Assembly: GCF_004010195.1 (NCBI RefSeq)
Contig: NC_057753.1
Coordinates: 9,820,864-9,840,863, forward strand
Length of the DNA: 20,000 nucleotides
Reading direction: 5' to 3'
Origin: Chiloscyllium plagiosum
Lineage: Eukaryota
Shown: positions 9,605 through 18,976 of the stretch, in pieces
How positions within the stretch are numbered: position 1 is the stretch's first letter
Layout: each line of letters opens with the position of its first letter
The notes under the pieces: model-generated
The model's input: the letters and a program-made list of their open reading frames with translations, nothing else
What the model was told of the DNA's origin: nothing
Database searches by the model: none
Translations under genes and position numbers: made by a program

Positions 9605-11834
9605 GGCAGGCAGAGAGAGAGAGGGAGAGGCGCAGGCAGGCAGAGAGAGAGAGGGAGAGGCGCAGGCAGGCAGAGAGAGAGAGGGAGAGGCGCAGGCAGG
9701 CAGAGAGAGAGAGGGAGAGGCGCAGGCAGGCAGAGAGAGAGAGGGAGAGGCGCAGGCAGGCAGAGAGAGAGAGGGAGAGGCGCAGGCAGGCAGAGAGAGA
9801 GAGGGAGAGGCGCAGGCAGGCAGAGAGAGAGAGGGAGAGGCGCAGGCAGGCAGAGAGAGAGAGGGAGAGGCGCAGGCAGGCAGAGAGAGAGAGGGAGAGG
9901 CGCAGGCAGGCAGAGAGAGAGAGGGAGAGGCGCAGGCAGGCAGAGAGAGAGAGGGAGAGGCGCAGGCAGGCAGAGAGAGAGAGGGAGAGGCGCAGGCAGG
10001 CAGAGAGAGAGAGGGAGAGGCGCAGGCAGGCAGAGAGAGAGAGGGAGAGGCGCAGGCAGGCAGAGAGAGAGAGGGAGAGGCGCAGGCAGGCAGAGAGAGA
10101 GAGGGAGAGGCGCAGGCAGGCAGAGAGAGAGAGGGAGAGGCGCAGGCAGGCAGAGAGAGAGAGGGAGAGGCGCAGGCAGGCAGAGAGAGAGAGGGAGAGG
10201 CGCAGGCAGGCAGAGAGAGAGAGGGAGAGGCGCAGGCAGGCAGAGAGAGAGAGGGAGAGGCGCAGGCAGGCAGAGAGAGAGAGGGAGAGGCGCAGGCAGG
10301 CAGAGAGAGAGAGGGAGAGGCGCAGGCAGGCAGAGAGAGAGAGGGAGAGGCGCAGGCAGGCAGAGAGAGAGAGGGAGAGGCGCAGGCAGGCAGAGAGAGA
10401 GAGGGAGAGGCGCAGGCAGGCAGAGAGAGAGAGGGAGAGGCGCAGGCAGGCAGAGAGAGAGAGGGAGAGGCGCAGGCAGGCAGAGAGAGAGAGGGAGAGG
10501 CGCAGGCAGGCAGAGAGAGAGAGGGAGAGGCGCAGGCAGGCAGAGAGAGAGAGGGAGAGGCGCAGGCAGGCAGAGAGAGAGAGGGAGAGGCGCAGGCAGG
10601 CAGAGAGAGAGAGGGAGAGGCGCAGGCAGGCAGAGAGAGAGAGGGAGAGGCGCAGGCAGGCAGAGAGAGAGAGGGAGAGGCGCAGGCAGGCAGAGAGAGA
10701 GAGGGAGAGGCGCAGGCAGGCAGAGAGAGAGAGGGAGAGGCGCAGGCAGGCAGAGAGAGAGAGGGAGAGGCGCAGGCAGGCAGAGAGAGAGAGGGAGAGG
10801 CGCAGGCAGGCAGAGAGAGAGAGGGAGAGGCGCAGGCAGGCAGAGAGAGAGAGGGAGAGGCGCAGGCAGGCAGAGAGAGAGAGGGAGAGGCGCAGGCAGG
10901 CAGAGAGAGAGAGGGAGAGGCGCAGGCAGGCAGAGAGAGAGAGGGAGAGGCGCAGGCAGGCAGAGAGAGAGAGGGAGAGGCGCAGGCAGGCAGAGAGAGA
11001 GAGGGAGAGGCGCAGGCAGGCAGAGAGAGAGAGGGAGAGGCGCAGGCAGGCAGAGAGAGAGAGGGAGAGGCGCAGGCAGGCAGAGAGAGAGAGGGAGAGG
11101 CGCAGGCAGGCAGAGAGAGAGAGGGAGAGGCGCAGGCAGGCAGAGAGAGAGAGGGAGAGGCGCAGGCAGGCAGAGAGAGAGAGGGAGAGGCGCAGGCAGG
11201 CAGAGAGAGAGAGGGAGAGGCGCAGGCAGGCAGAGAGAGAGAGGGAGAGGCGCAGGCAGGCAGAGAGAGAGAGGGAGAGGCGCAGGCAGGCAGAGAGAGA
11301 GAGGGAGAGGCGCAGGCAGGCAGAGAGAGAGAGGGAGAGGCGCAGGCAGGCAGAGAGAGAGAGGGAGAGGCGCAGGCAGGCAGAGAGAGAGAGGGAGAGG
11401 CGCAGGCAGGCAGAGAGAGAGAGGGAGAGGCGCAGGCAGGCAGAGAGAGAGAGGGAGAGGCGCAGGCAGGCAGAGAGAGAGAGGGAGAGGCGCAGGCAGG
11501 CAGAGAGAGAGAGGGAGAGGCGCAGGCAGGCAGAGAGAGAGAGGGAGAGGCGCAGGCAGGCAGAGAGAGAGAGGGAGAGGCGCAGGCAGGCAGAGAGAGA
11601 GAGGGAGAGGCGCAGGCAGGCAGAGAGAGAGAGGGAGAGGCGCAGGCAGGCAGAGAGAGAGAGGGAGAGGCGCAGGCAGGCAGAGAGAGAGAGGGAGAGG
11701 CGCAGGCAGGCAGAGAGAGAGAGGGAGAGGCGCAGGCAGGCAGAGAGAGAGAGGGAGAGGCGCAGGCAGGCAGAGAGAGAGAGGGAGAGGCGCAGGCAGG
11801 CAGAGAGAGAGAGGGAGAGGCGCAGGCAGGCAGA
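9605..11834. repeat. Perfect 30-bp minisatellite (CGCAGGCAGGCAGAGAGAGAGAGGGAGAGG)n
   Basis: 73 identical units at 9631-11820 plus partial units at each end; unit has 16 G, 10 A, 4 C, 0 T; degenerate GA/GGCA flanks. Confidence 0.99.
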
Positions 11835-11945
11835 AGGAGAGAGAGAGAGAAAGCCATGCAGGCAGAGAGACAGACAGATAGGGAGAGACTGCCTCAGTGC
11901 CAACACCCTGCAGCTTGCAGAAAGGTTAACACTTTGTAATCTGGT

Positions 11946-12248
11946 TTGAATGCACATTCTCCTGGGTCTGGCACTGAAATCACAGGGGAAGCCCCTGCTG
12001 AAGAGCACAAACTATGGTCTCAAATAGGGTACTCCCTCCACACCCAAACCAAAATCTGGGTGACCCCTGCTGGACTGGTTTGTGTTCCTTCTTTGCTGCT
12101 GCTGCCTATTTCAGTTGATTATGTGCATTATTGTACACACTTGTGCAAGGAGGGAATGGTTAATACTCTGTTACAAACTTGGTGGCACCTGGATTTTCAG
12201 AAAGCAGCGAGGAAAAGAGCTGAAGTGTGTTTAACTTGTAAATTTTAA
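11946..12248 (+). pseudogene. pol: ERV integrase N-terminal HHCC zinc-binding remnant (copy 3)
   Basis: APAEEHKLW..IWVTPAGLVCVP..VHYCTHLCKEGMVNTLLQTWWH..VCLTCK: H-x3-H...C-x2-C; 3' part matches 859-957. Confidence 0.85.
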
Positions 12249-12249
12249 T

Positions 12250-13130
12250 TTGATCGTTCTGCCTTTCACTGCACTCTTTCTTATCTTTCTTTCACTAACT
12301 GTGTTTGATTGGGCCTGATAACCTCTAAACGGGAATTACAGTTTAATACTTTTCTTTCTACACAGTAGGTCAACCACTCTAGCTGCTGAGTATGTGCCCA
12401 TATCCCCATCCATCCCAAACTCGTACCAAGCGAGCCCTTATGGAGTTTAAGCAACTTGCAGCTTTCTTTTCCCCTGCCTTTGGAACTGCTCGACTGGAAA
12501 TCAAAGTCACCCCGCAGACAATCCTGTGCTCGGCTCAGTTCACTGTTGTGGCCCTCCTCTCCAGCGATCTCTCAGATGCCGAGATTTCCCTCTTCCTGAT
12601 AATGATTCCCAATCCCTGGAGCTGTCTGTCTCTGTCCCTGTCCTGACTGAACCCGAGGACTATCTGTCTGATCTCCAACCACCACCCCTTGACAAACCCC
12701 CTTTTGCTGACACCCACAATCTCTTCTTTTTAATAAAAAGGAGGGACTGTGAGAGATTTTGACCAAAATTGCCACAAAACTGTGGCAAAGTCATTTTGTC
12801 ACAAAGCAATGTTTGCAGTAAAATGTAGCCTGTTAACATAATGCTGTCTGAGCCCTGGCTAAGGAATTCTGTTTTGATAGCCTGACCTTGCAGCTGCAGA
12901 CTGTCTCTGCTCCTCAGGCCATTAGACTGTGCTGCTTCATAGAATGATGGATTGGTTCTCTCTGTCCCTTATCAGTAATTCAAGCTGAGCTGAACCTGCA
13001 GTATAAGATAACATTCTGTTTTATAAACATTAAGAAATGTAGGTCTGGACAATGTATGTGAACCTTACAACTGCCCCTCAGTTGCATAATTAATGTGTTT
13101 TACCATAAAACTTGTAACATTCTGTATTTT
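12250..13130 (+). pseudogene. env: ERV env remnant (copy 3)
   Basis: Paralogous to 1429-2295; NHSSC*VCAHIPIH at 12372-12413. Confidence 0.6.
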
Positions 13131-13440
13131 ATTGGAATATGTCAGACTTTGTTTTGAACTAAGAGGTATTTCCATGGTCTCCTCTCCTGACTACTTTGCT
13201 TTAAACAATGTGGCACACGAGTTACTTTGCCCCAACCATACTAATAGTTCCATCGAAGGGAGAGAGAATTCCTCAAGTCGGGCACTATCAGAATCTTGGG
13301 AGAGCCCTATTTCTGGTTTACTTCCTAATGAATAAACATTAAGAACGAGCACCTATTCATTTCTAATTGTGTTCCATTTTTTCTTCTTTGATTCCCTGCT
13401 CTGACTACACTCTGTCCGGTTGATTGACTGGCTGGGAGAT

Positions 13441-13927
13441 TGAGAGTTGGGTTTCAATTGACAATGTTTTATTGTTCTGGAAGGTATAAAAGGGGCTTGA
13501 AAGCTTCAGCAAAAATCCAGCAGAGCCGAGAACAGACTGACATCTTACTCTGTGCAAACAAGGAGATCAACAGAGGACAGAGAAATCAGGCCCTAAAACC
13601 CGAGCTGACACCAGGCTACCCTGTGATCAGTGCTTTGATTAACAGTGCCAACCTTCTACCTTTACCTCGCTTCCCATCTGACTACCCCCTCGATATTCAG
13701 GATCCAATCCTTGTCATCCTGAAGCCATGTCTTTGTAAGGAGTCTCCGATCATAATTGTTCTTTTCGGTGTGTGCAGTCAATTTATTCACTTTTGTTACA
13801 ATGCAGCACACATTCAGAAACATTGTTTTTAGTTTCAATTTTTGTGATCTTTAGAATCCAGTTTTGATTGCTGGAATATTTACTCTCCTTGTCCCTTTCT
13901 CTCGTTCTCTGATATTTATTTTCCACA
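13441..13927 (+). mobile_element. ERV 3' LTR (copy 3)
   Basis: Homologous to 2632-3111; TG start after GGGAGAT, TATAAAA at ~13485, ends TTCCACA. Confidence 0.72.
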
Positions 13928-14619
13928 TCACTACATTGCTCACCGGCCTGGATTTGGATTGGCCATGCTAAATTGCCTATAGTGTCCAGGGATGTGCAGG
14001 TTAGGTGGGTTAGCCATGGGAAATGAAGGGTTATAGTTTCATTGTAATAGAAGCAGGAGTAGGTCATTTGGCCCATCCAGCCTGCTCCGCCATTCATTTA
14101 GATCAGAGCTGATCTATCCATAGACTCAGCTCCTCCTCCCTGCATTGTCCCAACTACCCTTCATTCCTCTATCATTGCAAATACCCATTCAACTGTGATT
14201 TGAATATACTTAACGAAGCTGCTTGTACTGCTTCCTTGGGCAAAGAATTCCATAGATTCACTACTCACCAGGAAAAGGAGCTCCTCTTCATCTTCACACC
14301 GAACGCCACCTTCACTATCCTATCCAACTGAGACTGCATTTTCACGGAACTATGAACCTGCACTCCAAGGTCTCTTTGTTCTACAACACTCCCCTTAACT
14401 GTGTCAGTCCTGCCTGGATTGCTTGACCAAAATATAACACCTCAACCTCTCGAAATTAAACTCCATCTGCCAGTCCTCACCAATTCTAATTTATAGCAAA
14501 TCTCTTTCCTCTCTTATTCCCTCTAAGCTGAAAATCTCACTCCATTCTCAATTTGCTGAACCTAATCCTGCTGTACATCATCCTGAAGGGTCTGGTTCAT
14601 GCTGGTTAACAGGCCTACA

Positions 14620-15255
14620 CATTGAAACATACAGAATCCTGAACGGCCTGGACAGAGTGGTGTTGGAAGGAGTGGCCTTAAAGTGAAGGGAAAACCTTTG
14701 AGAACAGAGATAAGGAGAAACCTGTTCAGCCAGAGAGTAGTGAATCTATGGAACTCACTGCCACAGAAGGCTGTGGAGGCCAGGTCACTAAGGATATTTA
14801 AGACTGAGATAGATAGGTTTGAGAATAAAGGGGGAATCAAGGGTTACGGGGAGACACAGGAAAATGGGGTTGAGAAACCGAGCAGCCATGATTAAATGGC
14901 GGAGCACACCCGATGGGCTGAATGGCCTCATTTCTGCTCCTGTGTCTTATGGTCTCTTGCTGTCCTGGACACAGAATTGGGAGCAGGAGTAGGCCACTTG
15001 GTCTTTTGAGCTTGCACCAGCATTGAACAGATCATAACTGGATATGAATCTACCAACATCTTGGTGCATAGGCAGGGACTTTTTTCACTGGAGCACAGGA
15101 GGTTGAGCGTTGACATTCGAGAGGTTTATAAAACCATGAGGGACATAGATGAGGTGAACGGCGGGTATCCTTTCCAGAGGGTGGGGGGTTTCAAGATTAG
15201 GCTAGTCAGCATGAACTTGTTGGACTGGAGGGTCTGCTTCTGTGCTGTATGACTC
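14620..15255 (+). mobile_element. CR1/L2-group LINE 3' fragments
   Basis: RRNLFSQRVVNLWNSLPQKAVEARSLRIFKTEIDRF and QGLFSLEHRRL..EVYKTMR. Confidence 0.85.
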
Positions 15256-15507
15256 GAACTGTTCTATACTGGTCTTAAAACCATGTTCTTGCCTTCCCCC
15301 ATAACCGTCCACTTTGTTGTTCAAAACTCAGATGAACTCAGCCTTGAATATATTCAATGACCCCCTAACTGCAGGAAGATATCCCCACTTCCGATCAGAA
15401 TTCCTTTTGCTGATATACAACTTGCCTTGCTGATTGCTTGCTGCACCTGTCTGACAACTGGCAGTGACTGGTGTAGGACACTGAGGCCCCTTTGACCATC
15501 CACACAG

Positions 15508-15638
15508 CATTCCTGAAGAAGGGCTCGGGCCAGAAACATCAACTCTCCTGCTGCTTGGATGCTGTCTGACCTGCTGTGCTTTTCCAGCGCCACACTTTTC
15601 AACTCCGATCTCCAACATCTGCAGTCCTCACTTTCTCC
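15508..15638 (+). mobile_element. PLE short module with degenerate hammerhead motif
   Basis: CATTCCTGAAGAAGGGCTCGGGCCAGAAACATC...CATCTGCAGTCCTCACTTTCTCC, homologous to 5763-5891; stem II and III weakened. Confidence 0.75.
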
Positions 15639-15734
15639 ACATCCCAATAAATCGCCATTTAAACAATACACCTCCTTTATGCTTTTTTTCCCCCACAGCG
15701 AAGGCTACAACTTCACATTGTGGTACTGCATTTG

Positions 15735-15878
15735 TCATGTGTTTGACAAATGTGGTCTTCTCTTCACCAGGAAGACCGAGCATAAACTTGGGGAATGGTT
15801 CACAGAGCATCGCAGCCAGGTCCACAGAGGCCGTCCGGACTTCCCAGTCACCACCCATTTTAATTCCCCTTCCCATTG
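15735..15878 (+). pseudogene. PLE GIY-YIG endonuclease fragment
   Basis: CGLLFTRKTEHKLGEWFTEH...PDFPVTTHFNSPSH resembles PLE C-G-x-x-Y-I-G-E-T...L..RF.EH...PVA.HFN. Confidence 0.75.
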
Positions 15879-16002
15879 TGTTCTTCCAGCCTCCTGTCTG
15901 TTTTCCAGTGTCTCTCCTCCCTGGATTCAATCCCGTTCCTTTCAGTTGCTGCAAGTCAACAATTGAACCCGAGAATGAAAAAAATGAAAAAGGGAGTGCT
16001 GT

Positions 16003-16305
16003 ACTCACAGATGTTGGACAGAGGAACGAAGTTGCAGTCTGGACTGAAGCTCAGGGAGACAGAAACAGCAGCAGCACCAGCTTCAGAAGCTCATGGTCTA
16101 CCTTCCGCTTTCAGACAATGGGGGGAGGGAGCTGGGCTTTGATTGGCAGGAGGACCACGCTCCTTCTTGTATTCCAGGGCCCACTATTGGTCCGTCAAAA
16201 AAAGGTCGCCCGCCTTTTCAGCAAACAACAATGAGCATGCGCAATGTTTTGCTGACACTAGCAAACCTGCGTACTACTTGCTAACACCGATGTGCATGCG
16301 TCGTG
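16003..16305 (-). promoter_or_regulatory. Putative promoter plus short first exon, minus strand
   Basis: CCAAT boxes (ATTGG 16142, 16186), NRF1-like GAGCATGCGC (~16233) and GTGCATGCGT (~16292), CGGAAG near 16103-16108, splice donor GTGAGT at 16008-16003. Confidence 0.5.
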
Positions 16306-16429
16306 TGCCCTGTGGACAGATTGTAAGTGTTCAAATGCCAACAAGAGAAATAAAGAGTAGAGCCACAACTTTTTTTTATTCTATGTGGCTCGACATTTTT
16401 ATCCCTTTTGCGTTTTGTATGTCTCTTCC

Positions 16430-16595
16430 CCATAGTGGGGGGAGGTGGGAGTCCAAAACTAGAGGGCAGAGGTTCAGGGTTAGAGGGGAGAGATTTATGA
16501 GGGACCTCAGGGCAACATTTTCACACAGAGGGTGATGTGTGTGTATGGAACGAGCTGCCGGAAGAAGTGGGCGGCACGGTAGCACATTTAAAACA
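16430..16595 (+). mobile_element. CR1/L2-group LINE 3' fragment
   Basis: ESKTRGQRFRVRGERFMRDLR..FFTQRV..VWNELP-like sequence. Confidence 0.75.
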
Positions 16596-16624
16596 AATTC
16601 TGGGATTAACATACCAAAGAACAG

Positions 16625-16965
16625 AAACCCATTCTAAAAGATGAAAGATTTAATCTAAACTTCTTTAATGCATCACATCTCCGTGACACTCAACTCCTTT
16701 GGCTATACGTTCTGTGCTCACGATCTCATTCTCCACAACAACCTGACAAAGGAGTGGTGCTCTAAAAGCTTGTGCTTCCAAATACACCTGTTGGACTATA
16801 ACCTGGTGCTGTGTAACTTTTAATTTTCTGAAAGAAGGGCTTATGCCCGAAACGTCGATTCTCCTGTTCCCTGGATGCTGCCTGACCTGCGCTTTTCCAG
16901 CAACACATTTCCAGCTCTAACTTTTAATTTTGTCCACCCCATTCCAACACCGACATGTCCACATC
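16625..16965 (+). mobile_element. PLE 3' region, second family (decayed hammerhead-like motif), hosting a nested insertion
   Basis: CCTGACAAAGGAGTGGTGCTCTAAAAGCTTGTGCTTCC...GGACTATAACCTGGTG; split by 16828-16917. Confidence 0.6.
16828..16917 (+). mobile_element. 90-bp PLE hammerhead module with 14-bp TSD
   Basis: CTGAAAGAAGGGCTTATGCCCGAAACGTCGATTCTCCTG...; direct repeat TAACTTTTAATTTT at 16814-16827 and 16918-16931. Confidence 0.85.
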
Positions 16966-17484
16966 GTTTCTCGTGAACGCAGCCCAAACATCCCGATGCT
17001 GCCAGTAAACTTTACAACGCCGATGAAACGACAGACTCTACACTCATGAAAAATTTACAATTTCTAATGATACTGGCTACTCATTCACTGCTCCATCTGA
17101 TTTGTGACATTGGAAACTTAGTGCAGGAGGCTGAAAGAAATGAACAGCTTTAAAACAAAAACCTCTTGGAGCTCAAAGCTTTCAGTGAGAGTCTGAGCCT
17201 GGTGGTTAAGTTCAGGTAACCTTTATTGTGACCCAACTTTGTTACAGCTTCAGATCCCCCAACAAAAAGGCAGAGAAAAGGTAGCTGCTTTTTTAACAGC
17301 TCAAGGTCAAAGCCCACATACCTCCCCTACCCCACCTCACTGTCTTTACTATTGGACAGCACGAAGTTGTCCCTTTGTAATTGGATCCGCGATGCAGCCT
17401 TAACCCGGAGGAAGTCTTGCCTCACTCGGCAATTTCAACCCAAACCCTATCTCCAAGTAAGTTTCTCCCCATTCCTTCGCCAGG

Positions 17485-17791
17485 AAGGGGCAGTGTGGAG
17501 TCAACTGCACTGCTGTGGGTCTGGAGTCACATGTAGGCCAGACCGGGTAAAGGGTACAGCTGGGACGACTGAGTGAATCCTTTCCCACAACAGCAGTTTG
17601 CTTCCCTAAAAGGATGTGAGTAAATCAGATGAGGGTCCTACCCCACTCCCGAAAATGGTGTCATCGTTAGATTCGGAACTCCAGATTTCTGACCGAATTC
17701 CAATTCCGCCGTCTGCTGCCGCGGGATTCGAACCCGGGATCCCCGGAACTGGTTGATCATCCAGTCAATAACAGCACTCGGCAGTCACTCC
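17485..17791 (-). mobile_element. tRNA-derived SINE (SacSINE1/Deu-SINE-like)
   Basis: B box GGTTCGAATCCC on minus strand (17734-17723); body GTCTGGCCTACATGTGACTCCAGACCCACAGCA; family named from memory. Confidence 0.7.
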
Positions 17792-17792
17792 T

Positions 17793-18329
17793 TCAATCCA
17801 TGTGAACTCGCTCTTGCCTCCGCAGGTGGGAGGAGAGGGTGATGGCCTTCCCTCACTCAGGGCAGCTGAAGGGCTTCTCTCTGGTGTGGACCCGCTGGTG
17901 CCTCCGCAAGTTGCCCACCTGACTGAATCCCTTCCCGCACTCGGGGCAGCTGAAGGGCCTCTCTCCCGTGTGGAGCCGCTGGTAGGTCAGCAGTTTGGAG
18001 GCCTGGGTAAAGCCCTTCCCACACTCGGGGCAACTGAATGGCCTCTCCCCCATGTGGAGCCGCCGGTGGGTCTGGGGGTTGGAGGTATTGTTGAAGCCCT
18101 TCCCGCACTCGGGGCAGCTGAATGGCCTCTCCCCGGTGTGGATCCGCCGGTGAGTGAATAGGGTCAAGGCCTGGGCAAAGCCCTTCCCGCACTCAGGGCA
18201 GGAGAATGGCGTCTCCCCGGTGTGACTGCGTCAATGAATCTCCAGGGCAGATAGGACACAGAAGCCTTTTCTGCAGTCGCCACACTTCCATGGTTTCTCC
18301 ACGGGGCAGAATTCCTCAGGTTTCTCCAG
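17793..18329 (-). pseudogene. C2H2 zinc-finger pseudogene, six tandem fingers
   Basis: EKPWKCGDCRKGF..., four CPECGKGF...H fingers with HTGERPF-type linkers and a sixth broken finger; in-frame TGA at 18233-18231 and 17855-17853; His lost in fingers 4 and 6; presumed start reads CTG. Confidence 0.9.
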
Positions 18330-18454
18330 GGCTGAAACTTCAGCTGAACACAAACGCATGCGGGAGCAAAATGAGACATCAAGGCATTAATACAGACACC
18401 AGAGAGAAACTGAACTGATAGACACGGCAAATGTTGGTGGCAAGCCAGAGTCAC

Positions 18455-18850
18455 AAAGATATACATCACAGAAAGAGACACTTTGGTCAAACTCTTCTAT
18501 ACTGGCCAGATATCCTAAATAAATGTGGTCACATTTGCCAGCACTTGGCCCATATCCCTTCCTATTCATATAGCCATCCAGATGCCTTTTAAGTGGTGTA
18601 ATTGTACCAGCCTCCGCCACTTTCTCTGCCAGCTCATTTCTTACACGCACCACACTGTGTGAAAAAGTTGTCCCTTAAGTCTTTTAATTCTCGATCTGCC
18701 TTGCCCTCACCCTAAACATACTACCCTCTAGTTGTGGACTCCCCTATCCCAAAGAAAAGACCTGGTCTAGTTACCCTATCCATGCCCATCATGATTTTAT
18801 AAAAGTTTATAAGGTCACCCTTCAGACTCTGGCACGCTAGGGAAAACAAA
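18455..18850 (-). mobile_element. CR1/L2-group LINE 3' fragment (antisense)
   Basis: GLFSLACQSLKGDLINFYKIMMGMDRV and VRNELAEKVAEAGTITPLKRHLDGYMNRKG. Confidence 0.85.
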
Positions 18851-18976
18851 CCCACTCCATCCTTCTGTCCCTCCTCACCCGGGTAATTAAGTCCCATACC
18901 TGAGATTGCAGAGTCTGCTCCCTCCCTGGATTCACTCCAGTTGCTACAAGTGAACAGATTCCCAACCTCCCAATGT

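Larger units (their letters stand above)
8622..13927 (+). mobile_element. Decayed, internally deleted class I ERV provirus
   Basis: Order: TGTGGG..CCCACA segment (8622-8798), PBS, leader/gag-position DNA, minisatellite, integrase N-terminus, env remnant, 3' LTR; may be a composite of two related elements. Confidence 0.7.
12140..15198 (+). repeat. Older dispersed paralog of block 859-4458 (ERV 3' half plus SINE/LINE flank)
   Basis: Colinear homology from integrase through LTR, SINE and LINE pieces to TTTCAAGATT; visibly more diverged than copy 1 vs copy 2. Confidence 0.92.

Noticed and set aside
9605..11834. CRISPR array or immunoglobulin switch region
   Set aside because: No unique spacers; no AGCT-type switch motifs; no Ig exons in the window
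9410..12008. Three 800-850 aa ORFs
   Set aside because: They result from a T-free 30-bp repeat that cannot contain stops; zero synonymous variation and no gene context
16060..16095. Signal-peptide-like LLKLVLLLFLSP on the minus strand
   Set aside because: Out of frame with the nearby ATG and ends in TGA; explained by a short CTG run
17720..17790. tRNA gene
   Set aside because: B box present but no cloverleaf; continues into SINE body
17802..18192. Antisense and alternate-frame ORFs over the zinc fingers
   Set aside because: Shadows of the GC-rich 84-bp finger repeat
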